Part shown: positions 36,191 through 48,058 of the stretch, piece by piece
Layout: every line of letters starts with the position of its first letter
How positions within the stretch are numbered: position 1 is the stretch's first letter
Assembly (NCBI GenBank): GCA_051362555.1
Contig: JBPQGU010000013.1
Coordinates: forward strand, 124,001-188,000
Origin: Lingula anatina
Taxonomy: Eukaryota > Animalia > Brachiopoda
Direction: 5' to 3'
Length of the DNA stretch: 64,000 nt
Made by a program: the position numbers and the translations under genes
The notes under the pieces: generated by a model
Database searches by the model: none
Seen by the model: the letters and a program-made list of their open reading frames with translations, nothing else
What the model was told of the DNA's origin: nothing

Positions 36191-36898
36191 TGAGATTCAC
36201 ACAAACCACCCCCCCTGTTCTTACCTTCTGACACCAAAAATTAAAACCTTAATACACTGCCAACTGCTCCGCCCAATATGACTGAGAACGGTCTCTTGAT
36301 GACTGAGCCCTGTCAAGTTGAAAATGTGGTTGCTGTATCGGCCACTCTAGCCAACATTGCACCTGGTGAGAAAGCATAATTTCATGAGTGATAAAAAGTT
36401 AAATGTACATTTCTGTGCCTGAATTTGTTTCAATTGTTTTGAAATTTGGACACCTTATGCTGGACAGGTGTGAAAATCTGAGATAAGCATCTTAACTGGT
36501 TGGGCCTAGTTTAAGTGCACTTTGTTGAGAAATAAAATGTGAAAAGTGGAAAATTACTAATAAAAATATTTTAAAATATCTAAAAATTACTTAAACTCAA
36601 GTGCAAGGTTAATTGTCACAACTGTTGTTTATGTTTGTTTGTGTTTGTTGTGAGGATACAGGAAATGAGCTTCTTGTCCCTCCCTGCAGAACAATACTCA
36701 CTGCTAAGCTGTATACCCCCCTCCTGCACTGGGGCCATGCAGTTTGCTGTTTACAGGAAACCCCACTACCAATCACTGTTCATACCTTTTGTTGTAATGT
36801 ATCCTGCTTTCCTGCACACCTGGGAGAGACAATGGGCAGCTGATGCTATAAAATGCCCTGTCTCTGCCTCTGGACTCAGAAGTCACTTTCTATCCACC

Positions 36899-38819
36899 AT
36901 GCCGTACGGTAAAGGTAGCTGGAAAAAACGAAGAAAAAGTGTATTTGTGAAGGGACACAAGCTATACCATGCAAGACAGAAGTCTGACCAGCCTCCAGAG
37001 CCTATTGTGAGAAGATACATCAGACCCAGCCAAGAGTTGTACCAGGCAGCCTCCTCTCCACCCCTGTCGGGCCGCCAGCAACCCTCAGCAGCAACCCTGA
37101 TGCACCCGTCATCCTCAGACCTAGGAGGGCCCAGTCAGAGAGTTTGTCCAGCAGCCAGCCCCAACCCCCAGATGATGAATACAAGTTGGTTTCACCAGAA
37201 AAAATTGTCAATCTGGTCAACAAAGTCTTGTCAGAGCATACAGCTGAGTGCACTGGCTCAATGGTTTGGGACAGAGAGGCAGAAAGCAAGTGGGGAGTGG
37301 CTTGGTCAATGGGACTAAAATGTGACACGTGTCAGTACAGGACAGGGAAACAGAAATTGTACAATGAAGTCGAGAGCAAGCAGCGTGGCAGGAGAGCAGC
37401 AACGGTGAATGCAGGCTTGCAAGTAGGCCTGTCACAAAACATGATCTCCAACACGGCCATGAGGCAGATTCTAATGGCGACCAATGTGACCCCGCCCAGT
37501 GCATCATCCATGCAAAAGCAAGCAAATAAAGTCGGTGCTGCTATAACCAAGCTTAACAAAGCTGACATGCAACAGCGCCGTGAGAATCTACGCCGCATTC
37601 AAGATCTGAGAGGGTGTGAAGGACAGCCCATAGCAGTGGAAGGAGATGGCAGATATAATAATAGTCTGTTTAGTGGAGGGAACAAAACACCATACCAGCC
37701 AGCCACTCAGACTGTATACACCGTTGCAGAAAATGTAACCAGCAAAAAAGACATCATTGGTGTTTACACCGGAAACAAGTTATGCCACACAGCTCACCTG
37801 CTTAAAAGTAGAGGGGAAGATGTATCCTGTCCAGAGCACAGTGGTATCTGCACGGCGAATCTACGGGAAGACGACAGTATTGGAGACGAGAAACGTGCCA
37901 TGCAGCAGATCCTCGAGGAAATTTCTGGAGAGGTCACAGTTGGTGCCTTGACCACTGATGGTGATAGCCGAGCCCACTCTGCATGTGATGATGTCGAAAG
38001 TCTTCGGGACACGCGCCACTTCAGTAAAGCTCTGAAAAAGCAAATTGAAAAAGCACCATTTTCCGGTCAAGTTTTCCCAGGGAAAACAAAGTACTCCAGA
38101 GACAAGATGCAGAAACGCTTTGCTCAGTGCATAGCAATGCGCTGTTATGCTGAATTCGATGCCTGCTATAAAGCAAATAAAGGGGACATAGAATTGATTA
38201 AAAGAGCACTGAGTTATGTCACTGACTCTATAATTAGTTGTTACAACGGTGATTGTGAAAACTGCTTAAAGTATTCTTATGTATGCAAAGGTGGCACGGA
38301 AACTATTTTCCCTGAGAAAGGCAAACTAGACTTTAGCAACTCTGAAGATGTGCACATCTTAAGACAGTGCCTAAATTATAGACTGGGCCCAAGGGCAATT
38401 GAATCAACAAAACTTAATACCAACACACAAAAAGTGGAGTCTTTAAACCGGACATTTCAGAAAACTAATAATAAAGTTGTCACCTTTTCACGGAACTTCG
38501 AAGGCAGGATTCACAGTGCAGTTCACTTGAGGAATAATGGACTTAAGCAATCCACTTTGTGTAAGATGGCCTCTGTTGGTGTTAGGCCCACTTCTTCAGT
38601 TGTTAAATATCTGGAGAAAGATGAAAAACAGATGAAAATGAGAGTAAATCACAAAAGACAGTTGCATTTAAGTTAAGAGCTAGACAGAGAATCCTTAGCC
38701 GTTACAGAAGATATGACAGATCTAAAGCATTGAAAAGTAATAATGACTACAGAAGATGCATATCTATGCCAAAACTTGTAATTCCTGATCATAGCTATTC
38801 AAAGAGAGCATGTAATTAA
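36899..38819 (+). pseudogene. DDE transposase copy 11, two homopolymer frameshifts
   Basis: ORFs 36635-37318 and 37144-38676. Confidence 0.8.
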
Positions 38820-38977
38820 AATAAAAATGTATGATTTTAAGATACTACTCTGTAATAAACTGGTTGTGAAATATGAAAAAAAGTTTGTTGGTCTTTCTTC
38901 TAGTCTTAAAACTTATAAATATAATTGAGAAATCTATAAATTAAGTAAATGTAAATTTAATAATAATAACAATAATA

Positions 38978-39343
38978 TTAATAATTATCATGTACACAAT
39001 TTGGCCCCCGTCTGTGTCTGAGGCACCTGCCCACATTACGACAATGTAATCTGTTATTGTTGATTCATTGAGGCTCTGCTGTGAGATGATCGGGGTTACA
39101 GCACAGACCGACTCCACACGGGTGGAATGTGTAAAACCCTCTCCTAAGCATAAATGCCACCCTGTGCACTCCAACAGTAACAGAGTGTCTAGCCCCAGGA
39201 AATGTAACCCTCCATAACCCATAACGGGCCCCACTGGAACAACTGGTGCCCCCAGTCCACAGCCAACAGTATCCCTCCTGTGTGTTATGCAATTTTGCAT
39301 GTAATTTCGCAAGATATACATCCTAGAACTGGTCATTAGCCAT
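38978..39343 (-). pseudogene. His-Me finger endonuclease with two in-frame stops
   Basis: Identical copy. Confidence 0.82.
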
Positions 39344-39442
39344 TTTTTGTGTGAAATGATGCAAGAGCACCCTTTTATGGCCTGTGCTGCTCTAAATTTA
39401 GAAACTAAGCCAAAAGTGAACAGTTGTCACTTTTCCTGTTCA

Positions 39443-39899
39443 GGGGAGAAACCACCAAAATATTTCCATTGACGACCATACTAAGAAATGCCTGCAAAAC
39501 TGCATAAAGAAAATAACTCTGGGAAACATTTCCCATCTCCATGGACAGCAGGACACACTGACATAACTCCAAATGGCAAAAAAATATACTGTCATCAACT
39601 CCGCTGTCTTACCGGCATCACTTGAACATGTGCACCCCTCTGTTTGTAAACAAACCACTGCACCACTCACAGTCAGTAGACCCTTCCGCCAGAGGTCTCA
39701 CGACTGCACTGCACCTGTGCCTGGTCCTGAAAAAAAAACTGGCAGTAGTTAACACCCTACTCTGCTAGTTGATACCAAAATAACCCTAGCAACACACAAG
39801 AAATGCCAGGAAAAAAATGGAAAAAAGCACTCATTTTTTCTCACTGAACTATATTCGTCTATAACAGGTGCTGATTGGTTGATTTGGAGGTTTCTGCCC
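39443..39899 (+). repeat. LTDR module with TIRs
   Basis: Copy of 13921-14378. Confidence 0.8.
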
Positions 39900-40607
39900 T
39901 GAGATTCACACAAACCACCCCCCCTGTTCTTACCTTCTGACACCAAAAATTAAAACCTTAATACACTGCCAACTGCTCCGCCCAATATGACTGAGAACGG
40001 TCTCTTGATGACTGAGCCCTGTCAAGTTGAAAATGTGGTTGCTGTATCGGCCACTCTAGCCAACATTGCACCTGGTGAGAAAGCATAATTTCATGAGTGA
40101 TAAAAAGTTAAATGTACATTTCTGTGCCTGAATTTGTTTCAATTGTTTTGAAATTTGGACACCTTATGCTGGACAGGTGTGAAAATCTGAGATAAGCATC
40201 TTAACTGGTTGGGCCTAGTTTAAGTGCACTTTGTTGAGAAATAAAATGTGAAAAGTGGAAAATTACTAATAAAAATATTTTAAAATATCTAAAAATTACT
40301 TAAACTCAAGTGCAAGGTTAATTGTCACAACTGTTGTTTATGTTTGTTTGTGTTTGTTGTGAGGATACAGGAAATGAGCTTCTTGTCCCTCCCTGCAGAA
40401 CAATACTCACTGCTAAGCTGTATACCCCCCTCCTGCACTGGGGCCATGCAGTTTGCTGTTTACAGGAAACCCCACTACCAATCACTGTTCATACCTTTTG
40501 TTGTAATGTATCCTGCTTTCCTGCACACCTGGGAGAGACAATGGGCAGCTGATGCTATAAAATGCCCTGTCTCTGCCTCTGGACTCAGAAGTCACTTTCT
40601 ATCCACC

Positions 40608-42532
40608 ATGCCGTACGGTAAAGGTAGCTGGAAAAAACGAAGAAAAAGTGTATTTGTGAAGGGACACAAGCTATACCATGCAAGACAGAAGTCTGACCAG
40701 CCTCCAGAGCCTATTGTGAGAAGATACATCAGACCCAGCCAAGAGTTGTACCAGGCAGCCTCCTCTCCACCCCCTGTCGGGCCGCCAGCAACCCTCAGCA
40801 GCAACCCTGATGCACCCGTCATCCTCAGACCTAGGAGGGCCCAGTCAGAGAGTTTGTCCAGCAGCCAGCCCCAACCCCCAGATGATGAATACAAGTTGGT
40901 TTCACCAGAAAAAATTGTCAATCTGGTCAACAAAGTCTTGTCAGAGCATACAGCTGAGTGCACTGGCTCAATGGTTTGGGACAGAGAGGCAGAAAGCAAG
41001 TGGGGAGTGGCTTGGTCAATGGGACTAAAATGTGACACGTGTCAGTACAGGACAGGGAAACAGAAATTGTACAATGAAGTCGAGAGCAAGCAGCGTGGCA
41101 GGAGAGCAGCAACGGTGAATGCAGGCTTGCAAGTAGGCCTGTCACAAAACATGATCTCCAACACGGCCATGAGGCAGATTCTAATGGCGACCAATGTGAC
41201 CCCGCCCAGTGCATCATCCATGCAAAAGCAAGCAAATAAAGTCGGTGCTGCTATAACCAAGCTTAACAAAGCTGACATGCAACAGCGCCGTGAGAATCTA
41301 CGCCGCATTCAAGATCTGAGAGGGTGTGAAGGACAGCCCATAGCAGTGGAAGGAGATGGCAGATATAATAATAGTCTGTTTAGTGGAGGGAACAAAACAC
41401 CATACCAGCCAGCCACTCAGACTGTATACACCGTTGCAGAAAATGTAACCAGCAAAAAAGACATCATTGGTGTTTACACCGGAAACAAGTTATGCCACAC
41501 AGCTCACCTGCTTAAAAGTAGAGGGGAAGATGTATCCTGTCCAGAGCACAGTGGTATCTGCACGGCGAATCTACGGGAAGACGACAGTATTGGAGACGAG
41601 AAACGTGCCATGCAGCAGATCCTCGAGGAAATTTCTGGAGAGGTCACAGTTGGTGCCTTGACCACTGATGGTGATAGCCGAGCCCACTCTGCATGTGATG
41701 ATGTCGAAAGTCTTCGGGACACGCGCCACTTCAGTAAAGCTCTGAAAAAGCAAATTGAAAAAGCACCATTTTCCGGTCAAGTTTTCCCAGGGAAAACAAA
41801 GTACTCCAGAGACAAGATGCAGAAACGCTTTGCTCAGTGCATAGCAATGCGCTGTTATGCTGAATTCGATGCCTGCTATAAAGCAAATAAAGGGGACATA
41901 GAATTGATTAAAAGAGCACTGAGTTATGTCACTGACTCTATAATTAGTTGTTACAACGGTGATTGTGAAAACTGCTTAAAGTATTCTTATGTATGCAAAG
42001 GTGGCACGGAAACTATTTTCCCCTGAGAAAGGCAAACTAGACTTTAGCAACTCTGAAGATGTGCACATCTTAAGACAGTGCCTAAATTATAGACTGGGCC
42101 CAAGGGCAATTGAATCAACAAAACTTAATACCAACACACAAAAAGTGGAGTCTTTAAAACCGGACATTTCAGAAAACTAATAATAAAGTTGTCACCTTTT
42201 CACGGAACTTCGAAGGCAGGATTCACAGTGCAGTTCACTTGAGGAATAATGGACTTAAGCAATCCACTTTGTGTAAGATGGCCTCTGTTGGTGTTAGGCC
42301 CACTTCTTCAGTTGTTAAATATCTGGAGAAAGATGAAAAACAGATGAAAATGAGAGTAAATCACAAAAAGACAGTTGCATTTAAGTTAAGAGCTAGACAG
42401 AGAATCCTTAGCCGTTACAGAAGATATGACAGATCTAAAGCATTGAAAAGTAATAATGACTACAGAAGATGCATATCTATGCCAAAACTTGTAATTCCTG
42501 ATCATAGCTATTCAAAGAGAGCATGTAATTAA
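40608..42532 (+). pseudogene. DDE transposase copy 12, two homopolymer frameshifts
   Basis: ORFs 40344-42026, 41989-42180 and 42239-42532. Confidence 0.8.
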
Positions 42533-42690
42533 AATAAAAATGTATGATTTTAAGATACTACTCTGTAATAAACTGGTTGTGAAATATGAAAAAAAGTTTG
42601 TTGGTCTTTCTTCTAGTCTTAAAACTTATAAATATAATTGAGAAATCTATAAATTAAGTAAATGTAAATTTAATAATAATAACAATAATA

Positions 42691-43056
42691 TTAATAATTA
42701 TCATGTACACAATTTGGCCCCCGTCTGTGTCTGAGGCACCTGCCCACATTACGACAATGTAATCTGTTATTGTTGATTCATTGAGGCTCTGCTGTGAGAT
42801 GATCGGGGTTACAGCACAGACCGACTCCACACGGGTGGAATGTGTAAAACCCTCTCCTAAGCATAAATGCCACCCTGTGCACTCCAACAGTAACAGAGTG
42901 TCTAGCCCCAGGAAATGTAACCCTCCATAACCCATAACGGGCCCCACTGGAACAACTGGTGCCCCCAGTCCACAGCCAACAGTATCCCTCCTGTGTGTTA
43001 TGCAATTTTGCATGTAATTTCGCAAGATATACATCCTAGAACTGGTCATTAGCCAT
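42691..43056 (-). pseudogene. His-Me finger endonuclease with two in-frame stops
   Basis: Identical copy. Confidence 0.82.
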
Positions 43057-43155
43057 TTTTTGTGTGAAATGATGCAAGAGCACCCTTTTATGGCCTGTGC
43101 TGCTCTAAATTTAGAAACTAAGCCAAAAGTGAACAGTTGTCACTTTTCCTGTTCA

Positions 43156-43614
43156 GGGGAGAAACCACCAAAATATTTCCCATTGACGACCATACTAAGA
43201 AATGCCTGCAAAACTGCATAAAGAAAATAACTCTGGGAAACATTTCCCATCTCCATGGACAGCAGACACACTGACATAACTCCAAATGGCAAAAAAATAT
43301 ACTGTCATCAACTCCGCTGTCTTACCGGCATCACTTGAACATGTGCACCCCTCTGTTTGTAAACAAACCACTGCACCACTCACAGTCAGTAGACCCTTCC
43401 GCCAGAGGTCTCACGACTGCACTGCACCTGTGCCTGGTCCTGAAAAAAAAAACTGGCAGTAGTTAACACCCTACTCTGCTAGTTGATACCAAAATTAACC
43501 CTAGCAACACACAAGAAATGCCAGGAAAAAAATGGAAAAAAGCACTCATTTTTTCTCACTGAACTATATTCGTCTATAACAGGTGCTGATTGGTTGATTT
43601 GGAGGTTTCTGCCC
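43156..43614 (+). repeat. LTDR module with TIRs
   Basis: Copy of 13921-14378. Confidence 0.8.
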
Positions 43615-44321
43615 TGAGATTCACACAAACCACCCCCCTGTTCTTACCTTCTGACACCAAAAATTAAAACCTTAATACACTGCCAACTGCTCCGCCCAAT
43701 ATGACTGAGAACGGTCTCTTGATGACTGAGCCCTGTCAAGTTGAAAATGTGGTTGCTGTATCGGCCACTCTAGCCAACATTGCACCTGGTGAGAAAGCAT
43801 AATTTCATGAGTGATAAAAAGTTAAATGTACATTTCTGTGCCTGAATTTGTTTCAATTGTTTTGAAATTTGGACACCTTATGCTGGACAGGTGTGAAAAT
43901 CTGAGATAAGCATCTTAACTGGTTGGGCCTAGTTTAAGTGCACTTTGTTGAGAAATAAAATGTGAAAAGTGGAAAATTACTAATAAAAATATTTTAAAAT
44001 ATCTAAAAATTACTTAAACTCAAGTGCAAGGTTAATTGTCACAACTGTTGTTTATGTTTGTTTGTGTTTGTTGTGAGGATACAGGAAATGAGCTTCTTGT
44101 CCCTCCCTGCAGAACAATACTCACTGCTAAGCTGTATACCCCCCTCCTGCACTGGGGCCATGCAGTTTGCTGTTTACAGGAAACCCCACTACCAATCACT
44201 GTTCATACCTTTTGTTGTAATGTATCCTGCTTTCCTGCACACCTGGGAGAGACAATGGGCAGCTGATGCTATAAAATGCCCTGTCTCTGCCTCTGGACTC
44301 AGAAGTCACTTTCTATCCACC

Positions 44322-46243
44322 ATGCCGTACGGTAAAGGTAGCTGGAAAAAACGAAGAAAAAGTGTATTTGTGAAGGGACACAAGCTATACCATGCAAGAC
44401 AGAAGTCTGACCAGCCTCCAGAGCCTATTGTGAGAAGATACATCAGACCCAGCCAAGAGTTGTACCAGGCAGCCTCCTCTCCACCCCCTGTCGGGCCGCC
44501 AGCAACCCTCAGCAGCAACCCTGATGCACCCGTCATCCTCAGACCTAGGAGGGCCCAGTCAGAGAGTTTGTCCAGCAGCCAGCCCCAACCCCCAGATGAT
44601 GAATACAAGTTGGTTTCACCAGAAAAAATTGTCAATCTGGTCAACAAAGTCTTGTCAGAGCATACAGCTGAGTGCACTGGCTCAATGGTTTGGGACAGAG
44701 AGGCAGAAAGCAAGTGGGGAGTGGCTTGGTCAATGGGACTAAAATGTGACACGTGTCAGTACAGGACAGGGAAACAGAAATTGTACAATGAAGTCGAGAG
44801 CAAGCAGCGTGGCAGGAGAGCAGCAACGGTGAATGCAGGCTTGCAAGTAGGCCTGTCACAAAACATGATCTCCAACACGGCCATGAGGCAGATTCTAATG
44901 GCGACCAATGTGACCCCGCCCAGTGCATCATCCATGCAAAAGCAAGCAAATAAAGTCGGTGCTGCTATAACCAAGCTTAACAAAGCTGACATGCAACAGC
45001 GCCGTGAGAATCTACGCCGCATTCAAGATCTGAGAGGGTGTGAAGGACAGCCCATAGCAGTGGAAGGAGATGGCAGATATAATAATAGTCTGTTTAGTGG
45101 AGGGAACAAAACACCATACCAGCCAGCCACTCAGACTGTATACACCGTTGCAGAAAATGTAACCAGCAAAAAAGACATCATTGGTGTTTACACCGGAAAC
45201 AAGTTATGCCACACAGCTCACCTGCTTAAAAGTAGAGGGGAAGATGTATCCTGTCCAGAGCACAGTGGTATCTGCACGGCGAATCTACGGGAAGACGACA
45301 GTATTGGAGACGAGAAACGTGCCATGCAGCAGATCCTCGAGGAAATTTCTGGAGAGGTCACAGTTGGTGCCTTGACCACTGATGGTGATAGCCGAGCCCA
45401 CTCTGCATGTGATGATGTCGAAAGTCTTCGGGACACGCGCCACTTCAGTAAAGCTCTGAAAAAGCAAATTGAAAAAGCACCATTTTCCGGTCAAGTTTTC
45501 CCAGGAAAACAAAGTACTCCAGAGACAAGATGCAGAAACGCTTTGCTCAGTGCATAGCAATGCGCTGTTATGCTGAATTCGATGCCTGCTATAAAGCAAA
45601 TAAAGGGGACATAGAATTGATTAAAAGAGCACTGAGTTATGTCACTGACTCTATAATTAGTTGTTACAACGGTGATTGTGAAAACTGCTTAAAGTATTCT
45701 TATGTATGCAAAGGTGGCACGGAAACTATTTTCCCTGAGAAAGGCAAACTAGACTTTAGCAACTCTGAAGATGTGCACATCTTAAGACAGTGCCTAAATT
45801 ATAGACTGGGCCCAAGGGCAATTGAATCAACAAAACTTAATACCAACACACAAAAAGTGGAGTCTTTAAACCGGACATTTCAGAAAACTAATAATAAAGT
45901 TGTCACCTTTTCACGGAACTTCGAAGGCAGGATTCACAGTGCAGTTCACTTGAGGAATAATGGACTTAAGCAATCCACTTTGTGTAAGATGGCCTCTGTT
46001 GGTGTTAGGCCCACTTCTTCAGTTGTTAAATATCTGGAGAAAGATGAAAAACAGATGAAAATGAGAGTAAATCACAAAAAGACAGTTGCATTTAAGTTAA
46101 GAGCTAGACAGAGAATCCTTAGCCGTTACAGAAGATATGACAGATCTAAAGCATTGAAAAGTAATAATGACTACAGAAGATGCATATCTATGCCAAAACT
46201 TGTAATTCCTGATCATAGCTATTCAAAGAGAGCATGTAATTAA
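44322..46243 (+). pseudogene. DDE transposase copy 13, single 1-bp deletion
   Basis: ORFs 44058-45557 and 45530-46243. Confidence 0.8.
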
Positions 46244-46401
46244 AATAAAAATGTATGATTTTAAGATACTACTCTGTAATAAACTGGTTGTGAAATATGA
46301 AAAAAAGTTTGTTGGTCTTTCTTCTAGTCTTAAAACTTATAAATATAATTGAGAAATCTATAAATTAAGTAAATGTAAATTTAATAATAATAACAATAAT
46401 A

Positions 46402-46765
46402 TTAATAATTATCATGTACACAATTTGGCCCCCGTCTGTGTCTGAGGCACCTGCCCACATTACGACAATGTAATCTGTTATTGTTGATTCATTGAGGCTC
46501 TGCTGTGAGATGATCGGGTTACAGCACAGACCGACTCCACACGGGTGGAATGTGTAAAACCCTCTCCTAAGCATAAATGCCACCCTGTGCACTCCAACAG
46601 TAACAGAGTGTCTAGCCCCAGGAAATGTAACCCTCCATAACCCATAACGGGCCCACTGGAACAACTGGTGCCCCCAGTCCACAGCCAACAGTATCCCTCC
46701 TGTGTGTTATGCAATTTTGCATGTAATTTCGCAAGATATACATCCTAGAACTGGTCATTAGCCAT
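46402..46765 (-). pseudogene. His-Me finger endonuclease copy
   Basis: Same two stops, two 1-bp deletions. Confidence 0.78.
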
Positions 46766-46864
46766 TTTTTGTGTGAAATGATGCAAGAGCACCCTTTTAT
46801 GGCCTGTGCTGCTCTAAATTTAGAAACTAAGCCAAAAGTGAACAGTTGTCACTTTTCCTGTTCA

Positions 46865-47322
46865 GGGGAGAAACCACCAAAATATTTCCCATTGACGACC
46901 ATACTAAGAAATGCCTGCAAAACTGCATAAAGAAAATAACTCTGGGAAACATTTCCCATCTCCATGGACAGCAGACACACTGACATAACTCCAAATGGCA
47001 AAAAAATATACTGTCATCAACTCCGCTGTCTTACCGGCATCACTTGAACATGTGCACCCCTCTGTTTGTAAACAAACCACTGCACCACTCACAGTCAGTA
47101 GACCCTTCCGCCAGAGGTCTCACGACTGCACTGCACCTGTGCCTGGTCCTGAAAAAAAAACTGGCAGTAGTTAACACCCTACTCTGCTAGTTGATACCAA
47201 AATTAACCCTAGCAACACACAAGAAATGCCAGGAAAAAAATGGAAAAAAGCACTCATTTTTTCTCACTGAACTATATTCGTCTATAACAGGTGCTGATTG
47301 GTTGATTTGGAGGTTTCTGCCC
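46865..47322 (+). repeat. Last LTDR module with TIRs
   Basis: Copy of 13921-14378; followed by ~490 bp of internal sequence before the array ends. Confidence 0.8.
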
Positions 47323-47869
47323 TGAGATTCACACAAACCACCCCCCCTGTTCTTACCTTCTGACACCAAAAATTAAAACCTTAATACACTGCCAACTGCT
47401 CCGCCCAATATGACTGAGAACGGTCCTCTTGATGACTGAGCCCTGTCAAGTTGAAAATGTGGTTGCTGTATCGGCCACTCTAGCCAACATTGCACCTGGT
47501 GAGAAAGCATAATTTCATGAGTGATAAAAAGTTAAATGTACATTTCTGTGCCTGAATTTGTTTCAATTGTTTTGAAATTTGGACACCTTATGCTGGACAG
47601 GTGTGAAAATCTGAGATAAGCATCTTAACTGGTTGGGCCTAGTTTAAGTGCACTTTGTTGAGAAATAAAATGTGAAAAGTGGAAAATTACTAATAAAAAT
47701 ATTTTAAAATATCTAAAAATTACTTAAACTCAAGTGCAAGGTTAATTGTCACAACTGTTGTTTATGTTTGTTTGTGTTTGTTGTGAGGATACAGGAAATG
47801 AGCTTCTTGTCCCATGTAGCAGAACTCCGAGGAACAAAACAAATGTTATTTTTTAGCTAATGTATAATC

Positions 47870-48058
47870 TTCATGCCAGCAATTTCAAAGTGCATGGTGG
47901 GCAGATGGGGGGGTACTTGTGCTGAAAAAGTGGACCTTTTAAATACCCCCTTAGTTGATAAACTTGATAAATTGTTTGGATCAAACCATTATTTGGATCA
48001 GATTTTTTCAGACCTAATGGCGATTATTTAAACCCCCTCAACCTCCAGACCTACAGAA
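47870..48058 (+). mobile_element. Degenerate MITE related to 59006-59172
   Basis: Shares GCCAGCAATTTCAAA and CTGAAAAAGTGGACCTTTT and a C-rich 3' end with the 59006 element. Confidence 0.5.

Larger units (their letters stand above)
6821..47813 (+). mobile_element. Main tandem array (~11 units of 3712 bp) of KolobokP-like DNA transposon: LTDR - transposase> <His-Me nuclease - LTDR
   Basis: Identical ORF sets recur every 3712 bp (18538, 22250, 25962). DDE transposase, convergent His-Me nuclease and 458-bp TIR-bounded repeat match the KolobokP architecture (family assignment from recalled knowledge, not a database search). Confidence 0.88.
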
